Virus record (IMG/VR): IMGVR_UViG_3300017499_000044 | Coordinates: 30,033 to 94,032 of that record | DNA length: 64,000 nucleotides | DNA from: a virus | Taxonomy: Duplodnaviria > Caudoviricetes | Reading direction: 5' to 3' (one strand) | Shown here: positions 30,129 to 40,228 of the stretch, piece after piece | Layout of the letters: each line of letters starts with the position of its first letter | How positions within the stretch are numbered: the stretch's first letter is position 1 | Program-made: the position numbers and the translations under genes | The notes under the pieces: generated by a model | What the model saw: only the letters and a program-made list of their open reading frames with translations | Databases searched by the model: none | Told to the model about the DNA's origin: nothing

Positions 30129-31727
30129 TCATTTAGAGATGTTATTAAATTTAAAGTATATGGTGATATTTTGTACGCACTCACCATTAATGCGTTGTCT
30201 GTCTCCGATAACTATTTTATCAATCAGGGTATTTAAAACAATTCTATCAAGAGAACGAATGTCTCCGAGCTCTTTTACCTTGTCGATGAATGCGGACTTA
30301 GACGCTTCGGCGGACTGCTTAGCTTGTTCCTTTCTTAACAAATCGTTCAGCTTTGACTCGAGTTCGGACAACTTCTCTTCGTCCCCTTTTGTCAGCTGTC
30401 TGAAACGCTCCAGCGTAATTATACCATCAAGCCTATCCTGATACATCTGCTCATATCTCAGGTTGACCTTTTCTATCTGACTTCGCGTCTTCTCGATAGA
30501 TTCTCTTATGTCGTCTTCCTGATTCTCCGCGAGGTATAACTCTTCCGCAATCTTAGCGTCAAGCTCGCTGTCTTTGACGGCTTTGATTACTTTCTGAATC
30601 TTATTCAGCGTCGCGTCGTAAATGTCTCTGTATAATACGTAATGCGGCGAACACATATCCTTACCCTTTTTCTTATACGTTTCGCACATATAATACGGCG
30701 CATGGTTTCTTTTGGCTGAAAACCCCAGCACCTTGCCGCATTTGTCGCATCGAATAAGTCCCGCGAAGATATTATCGAATCCGCTGACCGTATCTCTTTT
30801 TCTCTCATTTATTCTTGAATGAGCGTCATCCCACAAAGACTGAGTAATTATCGGCGGGAACATATCTTCCACGATTATCCAATCCTGCTTTGCTTTCTTG
30901 ATTACCTTCTTATTCTTAAAAGACAAGGTTGAGCGTTTCCCGCTCACAAGCATACCAAGATATGTCTCGTTGTTGACAATAGCCCTCACCGATCCCAGAT
31001 TCCAATCGTATGGGTTTTTATTGCATTCTTTATGGATGCTTCTTGCGTGATATGCAGACGGGGTCAATATCTTTTCTGCGCTGAATAGTTTTGCAACCTT
31101 CGTAAATCCGTACCCGTGATAAGCTATCAGCTCGAATATCCTTCTGACAATTGGAGCGGCATCCTCATCGACAACAAGGACGTGCTTGTCTCTGTCACTC
31201 TTCTTGTAACCGAACGGAGCCTGTGATCCTATAAATTCCCCTCTTGACGCTTTGGCTTTAAACGCCTGTCTGACTTTCTTTGAGGTGTCGGCGGGATAAA
31301 ATTGATTGAACAGATTCCTCATTGGAACGATGAAATCTAAATCCTGCATTTTATACTTGCTGTCATAATCGTCGCCGATAGCCACGAATCGTATATTCCT
31401 CTCCGGGAAATACTTCTCAAGATAGCTGTCGGTTTCTATATGCTCTCTTCCGAGCCTCGATAAGTCCTTTACGATTACCATATTGAACCGTTTGTTTTCG
31501 CAGTCTCTAAGCAGCTCCTGAAATCCCGGTCGATTATAATTCGTACCCGTGTAACCATCGTCAACGTAGGTTTTATAGACAGTGATTCCGTTAGATTTGC
31601 AGTAATCTTCAAGAATCTTTTTCTGTGTTTCGATGGATACGCTCGTCCCTACCTGTAAATCCTCCGAGCTTAAGCGAGCATACAAAGCCGCGATATAAGT
31701 TTTCCGTATTTGCCCTATGTGATTCAT
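30129..31727 (-). CDS. Large serine recombinase (integrase)
   Basis: YARLSSED, DDGYTGT, KDLSRLGR, recombinase domain, zinc ribbon CDKCG, C-terminal coiled coil; likely start MNHIG at 31727. Confidence 0.95.
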   Translation of the reverse strand: MNHIGQIRKTYIAALYARLSSEDLQVGTSVSIETQKKILEDYCKSNGITVYKTYVDDGYTGTNYNRPGFQELLRDCENKRFNMVIVKDLSRLGREHIETDSYLEKYFPERNIRFVAIGDDYDSKYKMQDLDFIVPMRNLFNQFYPADTSKKVRQAFKAKASRGEFIGSQAPFGYKKSDRDKHVLVVDEDAAPIVRRIFELIAYHGYGFTKVAKLFSAEKILTPSAYHARSIHKECNKNPYDWNLGSVRAIVNNETYLGMLVSGKRSTLSFKNKKVIKKAKQDWIIVEDMFPPIITQSLWDDAHSRINERKRDTVSGFDNIFAGLIRCDKCGKVLGFSAKRNHAPYYMCETYKKKGKDMCSPHYVLYRDIYDATLNKIQKVIKAVKDSELDAKIAEELYLAENQEDDIRESIEKTRSQIEKVNLRYEQMYQDRLDGIITLERFRQLTKGDEEKLSELESKLNDLLRKEQAKQSAEASKSAFIDKVKELGDIRSLDRIVLNTLIDKIVIGDRQRINGECVQNITIYFKFNNISK

Positions 31728-31743
31728 ACCTTCCTTTCCGAAC

Positions 31744-31818
31744 AAAACGGTTGACACCTTATAGCTATATTTTAACATAAGAGCGGCAGGAAGTCAACCG
31801 TTTTTTTTTTTTTTTTTT
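31744..31818 (-). promoter_or_regulatory. Integrase promoter inside a 12-bp inverted repeat, with upstream A18 tract
   Basis: TTGACT-17-TAAAAT with extended TG (31769-31797); aaaacggttgac (31744-31755) / gtcaaccgtttt (31793-31804). Confidence 0.7.
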
Positions 31819-31855
31819 ACAAAGTATATATTTACAGGTGCCGCATTACCGCAGG

Positions 31856-31990
31856 CTATCTCTCAATTTCCCGCTTTCTCCCCTTCCCTATTTTAAATTT
31901 TGCTTTAATATACTCTGCATAGACTTCTGTAAAATTCATCTCTCCGAACCTTGTGTTACATATTACTCTGATCTTATTTTCATTCTTCAT
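31856..31990 (-). CDS. 44-aa protein upstream of integrase (not in ORF track)
   Basis: MKNENKIRVICNTRFGEMNFTEVYAEYIKAKFKIGKGRKREIER, directly after the dUTPase stop. Confidence 0.45.
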   Translation of the reverse strand: MKNENKIRVICNTRFGEMNFTEVYAEYIKAKFKIGKGRKREIER

Positions 31991-31993
31991 ATG

Positions 31994-32497
31994 TCACACC
32001 CTGCCCGTGCTCCCGAATCCGCCTCTGTCGTTATCCTTCAGACGTTCAACTTCCTCAAAAGTTACCGGAGGCTGCTTCATCATTATTCTGAATTGACATA
32101 TCCTGTCGTTCTTATGTATAACCGTATCCCTCAGCGCATACGCCGGGAAGAACCACTGGTCGTTATCGCCGCAGTATGATTCGTCAATGACACCCATATG
32201 ATTTGTTTGGATAATACCGTAATTTTTATATGTGCTGCCCCGTGGCACGACATGAGCTTCATATCCCGGCGGCAGTATCATCCCTACGCCCAACGGGATA
32301 AGAACACTATCGCCTTTATTTAGGTGTATTGTTTCAGCAGCTCTAAGGTCTATCCAGTCTCCGTTATCAAGCTTTGCTATCTTATCAATCTCCTTGTCGA
32401 AGTATTTAATATGTATTCTCGGCTTTGGATATTCAATACTGTTCGGTGTTGTAGTAAGCGCGTAGTCGCCCAACGTATAACTCTCGTTTATTCCCAT
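31994..32497 (-). CDS. dut: Trimeric dUTPase
   Basis: [32 protein letters not shown]; own RBS before MGINESY. Confidence 0.92.
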   Translation of the reverse strand: MGINESYTLGDYALTTTPNSIEYPKPRIHIKYFDKEIDKIAKLDNGDWIDLRAAETIHLNKGDSVLIPLGVGMILPPGYEAHVVPRGSTYKNYGIIQTNHMGVIDESYCGDNDQWFFPAYALRDTVIHKNDRICQFRIMMKQPPVTFEEVERLKDNDRGGFGSTGRV

Positions 32498-32528
32498 CTT
32501 TATCACTTTCCTTTCTTTGTTACAAATG

Positions 32529-33901
32529 TCAAAGCAGCTCGCATCCTTGCTCGTGAAACATCGTTGCCTTGCTCCAATATTCCCGCCTCGATATGCCCCG
32601 GCGCACCTGCCGCATAGCGGCTTCCTGTCGTCTTTTACGCCCTCGAATCGCCCGAAGGTTTTTAAAAACATCCCCACCTCTGCGCTTGTACATCTTTTGC
32701 CACATCCGCCGCAGGTATTATTGAAAAACTTTCGCGCCATCTCAATTGATAAACCGCGCTCTTTTGCATATTCCTTTACATTCTCTTCTGTGTATTCCGA
32801 TAATATTTCATTGTCTGCCGATGTTGGATTTTTCCAATAGAAATTTTTATATTCCTCTTTTGTTCTTCTCAGTCCCCATCCTTGTATATCATACGCCTTA
32901 TCAAGAATTTTGCTAAACGACAGCCATTGAATAGGGTAGTATTCTCTGTTTAAAACGTCCTCATATGAATTTGAATATGGACAGAACAGGCAGCCAACTC
33001 GCGAATGACCAAATTTGTAACGCTCATCTATATACCAATCTTTAAGCAATATCAACAGCCATATATCAACCGTTTCCCAATCAATTATCGGACAGAGAGT
33101 TACCCATTTCGCAGGGATGGACGATTTTCCGCGATGGCTTATATTCCAGTCATGATTCATATAAAACTCGTACTCAGCGCGTTTTGTGCTTTCTTTATTT
33201 CGCATTCCCATCACCTGTATCAACGGAGCGGACGTGTCAAAATATTTCTTTGCCTGCCCTTCCTTGTAAGTGCCGCAGCAACTTCTCCGAAATACAGTCG
33301 GCAAACTGTAATTATTTCGCCGTATCCATTGCCGCCAACCCTCTTCTGGATTGAATATGCGTATTTCGGGATGTGATTTAATATACTTGTACACGGACGG
33401 CGCTTCGTTTGTCGTGTTGAGAAATACGTACTCATATTTCGGTTTTAAACCCGTCCTTGACAGCATATCCTTCCACATTTGAAAAATCACCTCGCTGTCT
33501 TTGCCGCCCGACACCGATACGGTGTACGGCACATCTATATGATTTTTCACAAAATCTATCAGCCGTTCAAGGTCTTTTTCATATGCGTTTAATATTCGCT
33601 CCTGTTCTTTTGCAATAATCTCACGCATAGAAAGAAAGTTTATATTTTTAAATTTGTCTCGATTATCTTGAACTAATTCAAATTTCAATGTTGCGGGATT
33701 TACCCTGAACTTCAGAATGTAGTTCCTGTGGTATATGTCTCCCCATATGTATTTTGTGCTGCCGCCTGTTATCCAACAATCATCGGGAAGCGTTAATCTC
33801 AAATGCTGTTCGATAAATTCCTTCTCTTCCACAAAAATCGGCTTCGCCTTTCTGCACGATGGATTAATAACAGGCTTACCATTCTTTGGCTTCCGTCCCA
33901 T
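32529..33901 (-). CDS. PAPS-reductase-family (PP-loop, Fe-S) protein; C-terminus apparently frameshifted
   Basis: [38 protein letters not shown]-terminal Cys pairs; alternative-frame ending FHEQGCELL-stop at 32529. Confidence 0.8.
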
Positions 33902-33902
33902 T

Positions 33903-34226
33903 TCATTCTTCCTTCCATTTTCTGTTTCTTGACACAAAAATATACTTGCTGTGCAGGTACCCGCAATACTCTTTCTGTACCCGCTCCCTAAACCTTTCTC
34001 TTCGCGCAATCCGCTCGGGGTATCTCACCGATTCCATAACTATCACCATAACTATTCCTGCAATCATAGCGAACACAATCGGCAGACCCGCCGGAATAGA
34101 AGGAGTCTCTGCGAGCATCTTCACTCCCGAATCATATGTCATCACAGATACCAGCGACACTCCCATTCCTGTTAGGCATAAATCAAATATATCCCAGACG
34201 CTTGCGCTCTTAGTTTTGTCTCTCAT
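33903..34226 (-). CDS. Hypothetical membrane protein
   Basis: Two hydrophobic helices; tightly packed in operon. Confidence 0.5.
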   Translation of the reverse strand: MRDKTKSASVWDIFDLCLTGMGVSLVSVMTYDSGVKMLAETPSIPAGLPIVFAMIAGIVMVIVMESVRYPERIARRERFRERVQKEYCGYLHSKYIFVSRNRKWKEE

Positions 34227-34402
34227 TTAAACACCCCTCTCCCGCTTTATAACTTCAACAATTCCCTGCAATGGATACTCCGCGCACACCATCGCGACAG
34301 CGTTGCCGTATCCCTTATATGCTGCGGTGTCTGACAACGGTTTCCCTTTATCGTTTACAATATCCTTGTAATACCCCTTACCACTTTCCAGTCACAGCTC
34401 AT
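34227..34402 (-). pseudogene. Relic of a C5 cytosine DNA methyltransferase (C-terminal motif X only)
   Basis: Fragment LSDTAAYKGYGNAVAMVCAEYPLQGI-stop; upstream RBS+ATG is out of frame. Confidence 0.6.
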
Positions 34403-34419
34403 AAACTCACCTCCCGTCA

Positions 34420-34953
34420 TCACGATTCTCGAAGAAGCTCTTTTATGTGAGCCTGCACGTCTATTATGTTTTGATTAGAACTTCCCCGCCATTTCAAATT
34501 CGGGTCTTTATACTTGTCCATATATCTCCCGTCTATTATAAAATCGCACGCTCTCAAAAATCGCTCCAGCCTAACAGCCTTTGGTATCTCACCTCTGTCT
34601 ACGAGATCCCAATATATGTATAAAATCTCCGTCCATACGAGTCCGGTATACACCCACACCTTTTTCTCCGGGTATCTCTTCTTGAACTCGCACACTATAT
34701 CCGCCACCTGCCATATATTCCGTTTCGCCAAAGGCTCGCCGCCAAGCACTGAGAGTCTTGTTATGTAAGGCTTGTCCGCAAGCTTGAGAAATTCTTCTTG
34801 GATACTCGCAGTCCACACCTTGCCGTCTTCAAAATCCCACGTTTCGGAATTAAAGCAATTGTAACATCGGAACGGGCAGCCTTGAACGAAGAGGGATATT
34901 CCTATCCCTTCTCCGTTCGTGATGTCCATCTTTCGTATACTCGCATATCTCAT
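34420..34953 (-). CDS. nrdG: Anaerobic ribonucleotide reductase activase
   Basis: GCPFRCYNCFN radical SAM motif, LGGEP, WRGSSNQ. Confidence 0.95.
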   Translation of the reverse strand: MRYASIRKMDITNGEGIGISLFVQGCPFRCYNCFNSETWDFEDGKVWTASIQEEFLKLADKPYITRLSVLGGEPLAKRNIWQVADIVCEFKKRYPEKKVWVYTGLVWTEILYIYWDLVDRGEIPKAVRLERFLRACDFIIDGRYMDKYKDPNLKWRGSSNQNIIDVQAHIKELLRES

Positions 34954-35085
34954 TTTATCACCTCATACAATTATCAATCGCCTCACGGACGCGTTTTATA
35001 AATAATTCAAATTCACCTCCCGACAAATTATCGCAAGCATCGTCCAGCAAATCGCCGAATCTGTTCTGATAGTCAAGTCTATCCA

Positions 35086-35322
35086 TTAATTATCCTCCTT
35101 CCTGTTCGATTTCCTTCTCATTACCAATTCATAATCCGCTGACGGATATGTGATTGAGTACTCTTCTTTATCCTTCATGTTTCCCATAAACCACTCGAAT
35201 ACGGCGGCAATCACTTTATCTGTCACGTCTTCTTTCTTGCCAGTCCACATATGCTTTGCCTCGTTCTGCGTACCATAATAAATTATGTTTGTTATTGGAC
35301 TGACACCGAAACCTTTTGCCAT
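35086..35322 (-). CDS. Hypothetical phage protein
   Basis: ORF packed between nrdD and nrdG. Confidence 0.55.
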   Translation of the reverse strand: MAKGFGVSPITNIIYYGTQNEAKHMWTGKKEDVTDKVIAAVFEWFMGNMKDKEEYSITYPSADYELVMRRKSNRKEDN

Positions 35323-35325
35323 TAT

Positions 35326-35751
35326 TTATTCCTCGCTTCCTTCATATTCCATATCGTCTAAATGATACACTCTGTCATGTATGTCGCCGTACCTGCCTTG
35401 ATTTCCTCCGTTCTTGGCTGTACCTATATATCCGCATACACGAAATGCTATATCCATTGAAGAGGCATCGTCATTGCCGCAGTTGGGGCATTGCCACTTC
35501 AACGTGCCGTTATCGTCCACAAGCGGAATGTCTCCGCTGTATCCGCACTTTTCACAATAACAGCTCTTTGTGTTTATTTCCGCATACATGATGTGATTGT
35601 ACATATACTTTATAACCTCAAGCAGGGCGGGAATGTTATGCGCCATTGACGGGGTTTCGATATACGAAATTGCACCACCCGGACTTAGCTTTTGAAATTT
35701 AGATTCTATCCTTAGTTTATCAAATGCGTCTATCGGCTCGAATACCGGTAT
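35326..35751 (-). CDS. nrdD: Class III ribonucleotide reductase, exon 2
   Basis: IPVFEPIDAF..., CEKCG/CPNCG, RVCGYIG glycyl-radical motif. Confidence 0.93.
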   Translation of the reverse strand: MPVFEPIDAFDKLRIESKFQKLSPGGAISYIETPSMAHNIPALLEVIKYMYNHIMYAEINTKSCYCEKCGYSGDIPLVDDNGTLKWQCPNCGNDDASSMDIAFRVCGYIGTAKNGGNQGRYGDIHDRVYHLDDMEYEGSEE

Positions 35752-36808
35752 CTTATAGTACCCTTGATTTCTCAATATTTACATAGGGAATAGACTATCT
35801 CATATTCTAAAATCTTAGAATCCCTGCGCTTCGCAATTAAGCTACTCTACTCACTTCCATATTGGATAATATGTGCTTTCGATAGTCGTTACACTTTTAA
35901 GTTTGTTTTAGTTTATTTTATTGCGATTCATGTTCTTCGAATTGCTGCTTAGTAATTCTTGTGAACTTTTTATTTTTATACGTTCTATTATATTTTAATA
36001 AATCATATATGTATCCGTCAGGAATCTCGGGATGATCGCGAGTATACTGCAACCCATTTTTGCAATACGTAATCTCCTTTGTAGTAACATCTTCAACTGT
36101 AAAATAATTTGTTTTCTGCGTATTCCCATGTTGTTCGTTAAGGCATACCCATCGACAATTCTCCGGAGTGTAAGGCTTATCAACGTCTATTCTATCTAAA
36201 GACGTATTACGTTCTCCGTAAACAGTTACGTGTTCTAACCAAGAGTCGTACATTGTGTTTCTAAAGTCTATAAAACTCTCAAAAGCATCACTGTTAATTC
36301 CTCTGTCATAATAATTTTTTTCTATTCCAGAATTTAGGTGACGTGCGATGTCTCATGGTTTGCCATCTACTATAAAAGACTGCATCCTTTGAAACTCCCA
36401 GCCCCTTTCCACAACCTCTGTGTTTGGTGCCCGCTCTTCTGTTTACAGTAGAACCAAACATTAATTTCTGCTTGCCACACTTCTGACATTCCATCAAATA
36501 CCTGATCCTACGCTCTCCTGTAATATCCTGCATAACACTTATACATTTATAATCATCATATATATCTCCAATATTAATAACATATTTAGGTGGTCTACCT
36601 ATATTACATTCCTCCTTTTCTTTTAATTTTACTAAAACAAACAAACTTAGCACGGTATCACCTTGTCCGTTTCTGGATTTAGGCTCCCTCACTCATAATA
36701 TAGTTGCCTATTTCTGAACCGTTAGCTTAAACGTTTCGTTTAAACACCTCTTATCAGAGTTCACAGGGTTTTCTTAACACATCACTATATTAAGCCACTA
36801 TTTTATTA
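35752..36808 (-). ncRNA. Group I intron in nrdD (1057 nt) carrying a homing endonuclease ORF
   Basis: P1 ccaU:Gugg at 5' site, AACGACUA and GAGAUAGUC core elements, terminal G; splicing restores NSYH|IPVFE. Confidence 0.9.
35918..36602 (-). pseudogene. Intron-encoded HNH-type homing endonuclease, broken by one extra A in an A7 run (~36315-36321)
   Basis: CQKCG...GCG N-terminus, RWQTMRHR, SLDRIDVDKPYTPENCRWV; removing one A joins the two ORFs. Confidence 0.75.
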
Positions 36809-38632
36809 ATGGTAACTATTGGTAATATAATTTCTATCATGTCCATCAAGTTTAATAAATACATCGTCTCCGAAACGTTCCTTTAAGCTTTTGGCTACTT
36901 TATATACCGTACTCTCCATAGGAGTCCCGTACAAGCTGTAGTCAATGTTCTCTTCCGCTTTCCACTGATTACACTTATCGTTTAAAGCCTGCATTATCTT
37001 TAATCCAAATGCTTCGCCTATACCCTCGTCACTGTGACTATGTCCTGTCATATACTTTACACATTCATACAATCCGCAGTAACCTAAAGATATGGTACTG
37101 TAACCATCGTATAACAACCTATCTATCGACTCATGCTTATTTAGTCTCGCAAGTGCACCGTGTTCCCACAACAGTGGAGCTACATCTGTTGGGGTTCTTT
37201 TTAATCTTTCGTGCCTTAGCTTCAGCGCCTTATGACACAATTCTGTACGATATTCGAATAATTTCCAAAAGACTTTTTCATTTCCGCCTGACGAAAACGC
37301 AATATCAGGTAAATTAATAGTCACTACGCCTTGGTTAAAACGTCCATAATATTTGTGTTTACCTTTTATATAGTTCTTAGAATTGGCGATATTCCCTTTG
37401 ATTTCAGAAAATCTGTCCGGTGTTAGAGCAGAGCGACAGCCCATAACAGCATATACGTCACTGCCTTTTAATTCACGCATAACCTTCTCTGAAATATAAT
37501 CAGGAACGAGCCTTTTCGCGCTGCATTTGGCAGCCAATTCAGTTAAGTACCAATACTTAGAGCTTTCCGTGATATTATCTTCCTCGGTAACATATATCAA
37601 TTTAGGAAATGCCGGAGCTATATACACTCCTTCTTCATTCTTAACACCCTGTGTGCGCTGTTTTAAAACTTCCTCAATGAGCAGCGCAAGGTCTTTCTTC
37701 TCTTGCTCATCTCTCGCTTCATTAAGATACATAAATATCGTGATGAACGGGGCTTGTCCGTTAGTTGTCTGCAGGGTTACAAGCTGATACTGGATTGTTT
37801 GTATGCCGCTTTCAATTTCCCTATGTAATCTTTTGTTTATAATCTTATCTTTTTCCGTATCCGTATATGAATACGGACGCAGTTCTTCTTCTACTTCTTT
37901 TCTGATTCTCTTTCGGCTTACTTCCACAAACGGAGCAAGGTGCGCAAGAGAAATACTTTGTCCACCGTATTGACTGCTTGCAACTTGGGCGATTATTTGT
38001 GTAGTAATCGTACACGCTGTAGCGAAACTATGCGGCTTCTCTATGAGGATACCACTGATAACCGTTCCGTTTTGCAATATATCATCAAGATTAATCAAAC
38101 AACAATTTGCTTCATGTTGAATAAAATAATCCATATCATGGAAATGTAAAATTCCTTCATCATGCGCTTGCACAATATTAGGCGGGAGCAGGTATCTTCT
38201 CGTTGCGTCTATGCTCACAATACCCGCTATATAATCACGTTTTGTTGTGTTCAGTACCGGATTCTTATTGGCATTTTCTGTTTTCCAGTACTCGTTATCA
38301 TCACCTAATAAGGTTGCAACATCCTTATCTATTGTGTTTACATGGTCTCTTTGAAACTCACGTATGCGTCTGTACCCCTCATATGCCTTTGCCGTCAAGT
38401 TTTCGCCTTTTTCGATGAGCTTATCGTACACATCGGCTTCAATTTCGTGTATGCTGATTTCATCTCGGCTGCTGTATTCGTTATGAATTTCATTCGCTAT
38501 TTCCTCGGCTATATCTGCTCTTATCATTCCGCCATTACTTTGCATTGCTTTTAATATTGCCTTAGAAATTTTTGACTTATCAAAACACGCTTTCGATAAA
38601 TCTCTTTTTATTACCCACATTAAACCATTCAC
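36809..38632 (-). CDS. nrdD: Class III ribonucleotide reductase, exon 1
   Basis: ATP cone (VIKRD...FDKSKI), HFHDMDY, NCCL, SSQYGG, MGCRS, YGRFNQGVVTINL, TNSYH. Confidence 0.95.
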
Positions 38633-39204
38633 CGTCCTTCACATTCGTTAATAATCTTACACATTTGCAACACTACATCCGGCTCACTTCCGTCTGCAAC
38701 AATACTATAGTCATAAGACGAGGATTCTCTTGCTGTTTCACTGAACATAATACGGTCATTCTGTAACCGTTGAGATATTTGTTCGGAACTGTCACCGCGC
38801 TTGCGCATTCTCTTCATTCTTGTCTCAGGACGAGTCCACAAATATATGGCAACTATCGGTCTGGATGTATATTGCTTTCTTAAATCCTTTAAGCCCTTTG
38901 GGTCTACTATATAAATATCGGCGTCATCAACCATTTTCTTTGTTACCCAATAATATTTCCCGTCAAAATACGTTTCAGCTATTATCTCATTATCAGATAC
39001 ATCTTTTTGGTATTGGGCTATTGTTGTAAAAACATGACTAAATTCATCCGTCTTATCATTTTCCCGGGCAGGTCTTGTCGTATATGACAAGACCTTTTTA
39101 TACCCGCATTTTTCTTGAAGATTGTTTGCCAACGTATCTTTGCCTGAACCGCTTTGTCCTATTATACAATAAAGATTCTTAAGCATATGTATCACGTTCC
39201 CCAT
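38629..39204 (-). CDS. gmk: Guanylate kinase-like
   Basis: GQSGSGKDT, SYTTRPAR, RMRKRGD. Confidence 0.85.
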   Translation of the reverse strand: MGNVIHMLKNLYCIIGQSGSGKDTLANNLQEKCGYKKVLSYTTRPARENDKTDEFSHVFTTIAQYQKDVSDNEIIAETYFDGKYYWVTKKMVDDADIYIVDPKGLKDLRKQYTSRPIVAIYLWTRPETRMKRMRKRGDSSEQISQRLQNDRIMFSETARESSSYDYSIVADGSEPDVVLQMCKIINECEGR

Positions 39205-39497
39205 TACACTCCCATCGAAGGCGAGACCAATTTACTTAAACCTACCTTCAACTCGCCCGACATATCACCTGTTATTCTTACTGTGACGGGCTGCATAAGG
39301 TCAAGGCTGAATACACCCATGATAGATTTGCCATCCACCACATATGCACCGCTGTAAAGCCTTATATCTCCCGGATGAGCGTTCGCTAGTTTTACAAATT
39401 CCTTTACTTTGTTCACGTTGTCCAACAAAACCGTGGTCACTGTTGTCACGGCTGCTTTAAAACGTTCCTCACTTGTATCAATACTGATAGTTTTCAT
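39204..39497 (-). CDS. HPr-family protein lacking the His15 motif
   Basis: VDGKSIMGVFSL (Ser46 motif) present, GLHARP absent. Confidence 0.8.
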   Translation of the reverse strand: MKTISIDTSEERFKAAVTTVTTVLLDNVNKVKEFVKLANAHPGDIRLYSGAYVVDGKSIMGVFSLDLMQPVTVRITGDMSGELKVGLSKLVSPSMGV

Positions 39498-39521
39498 TAT
39501 ATTATTGCCTCCTTTATATAA

Positions 39522-39989
39522 TTAAAATATGAAGTATAGACCTTCATACCAAATTGTTTCAAGCGGCTCATTATTTGACTTGCCCGATTCATTGCAACTG
39601 TTTTTGCAGTCTAAACTACAATCTGCATTACAATCCGAACCACAGCTTGAATTGCTGTTACAATTTAAATGTCCCTTTTCCGGCGTCTCGTCAAGGTTCT
39701 TTGCCGTCTCATCGTCAGAGATTCGTTCGCTTATCTTAAAATCCTTTGTATATTTATACAAGCTGTATATATTGCGCGGTTCTAATGGCAGCTCTTCATA
39801 TATATTGACATAAGCCTTTATTATTTCAACCGACTTCTCCCACATATCTTGTATATCCTTTTTCTGGAGTTCTTGCTGCTCTCGTTCCGCTTGCTTTTGT
39901 TTTTGTATTCGCAGCATTTCTGATTCGTATTTATCGTATTCTTCCTGCGTGTCAAAAATATGTTTTCCATCATCTGAACAATACTTCAT
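39522..39989 (-). CDS. Hypothetical protein with Cys-periodic low-complexity segment
   Basis: CNSNSSCGSDCNADCSLDCKNSC; RBS present. Confidence 0.55.
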   Translation of the reverse strand: MKYCSDDGKHIFDTQEEYDKYESEMLRIQKQKQAEREQQELQKKDIQDMWEKSVEIIKAYVNIYEELPLEPRNIYSLYKYTKDFKISERISDDETAKNLDETPEKGHLNCNSNSSCGSDCNADCSLDCKNSCNESGKSNNEPLETIWYEGLYFIF

Positions 39990-40040
39990 AATTATTCTCC
40001 CTTCGTTACCCTCTCTTCTTAGCGATTCCGTCGCTGTTGT

Positions 40041-40208
40041 TCACATTGTTTTGTTTTTAGTCTCCTCTGTTTTATTCCCGACCGCACTCTTGACAGAACT
40101 CCTTGCAAGTTCGTTTCGCTTGGCGATTTCATTGTCAAGCTTTGCAAATATACTTCTCATTCTATCAGCTTCGGTTCTTGGCTTTTTCTTTCCGTTGTTC
40201 TTGCCCAT
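40041..40208 (-). CDS. 55-aa basic protein (not in ORF track)
   Basis: RBS AAGGAG; MGKNNGKKKPRTEADRMRSIFAKLDNEIAKRNE... Confidence 0.5.
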   Translation of the reverse strand: MGKNNGKKKPRTEADRMRSIFAKLDNEIAKRNELARSSVKSAVGNKTEETKNKTM

Positions 40209-40228
40209 AAATTCATCTCCTTTTACAA

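Noticed and set aside
31994-34009. Apparent 671-aa PAPS reductase-dUTPase fusion in the ORF track
   Set aside because: dUTPase has its own RBS and ATG (32497), and a plausible PAPS-family C-terminus (FHEQGCELL-stop) lies in another frame at 32529. The fusion is best explained by a frameshift or error near 32560-32610.
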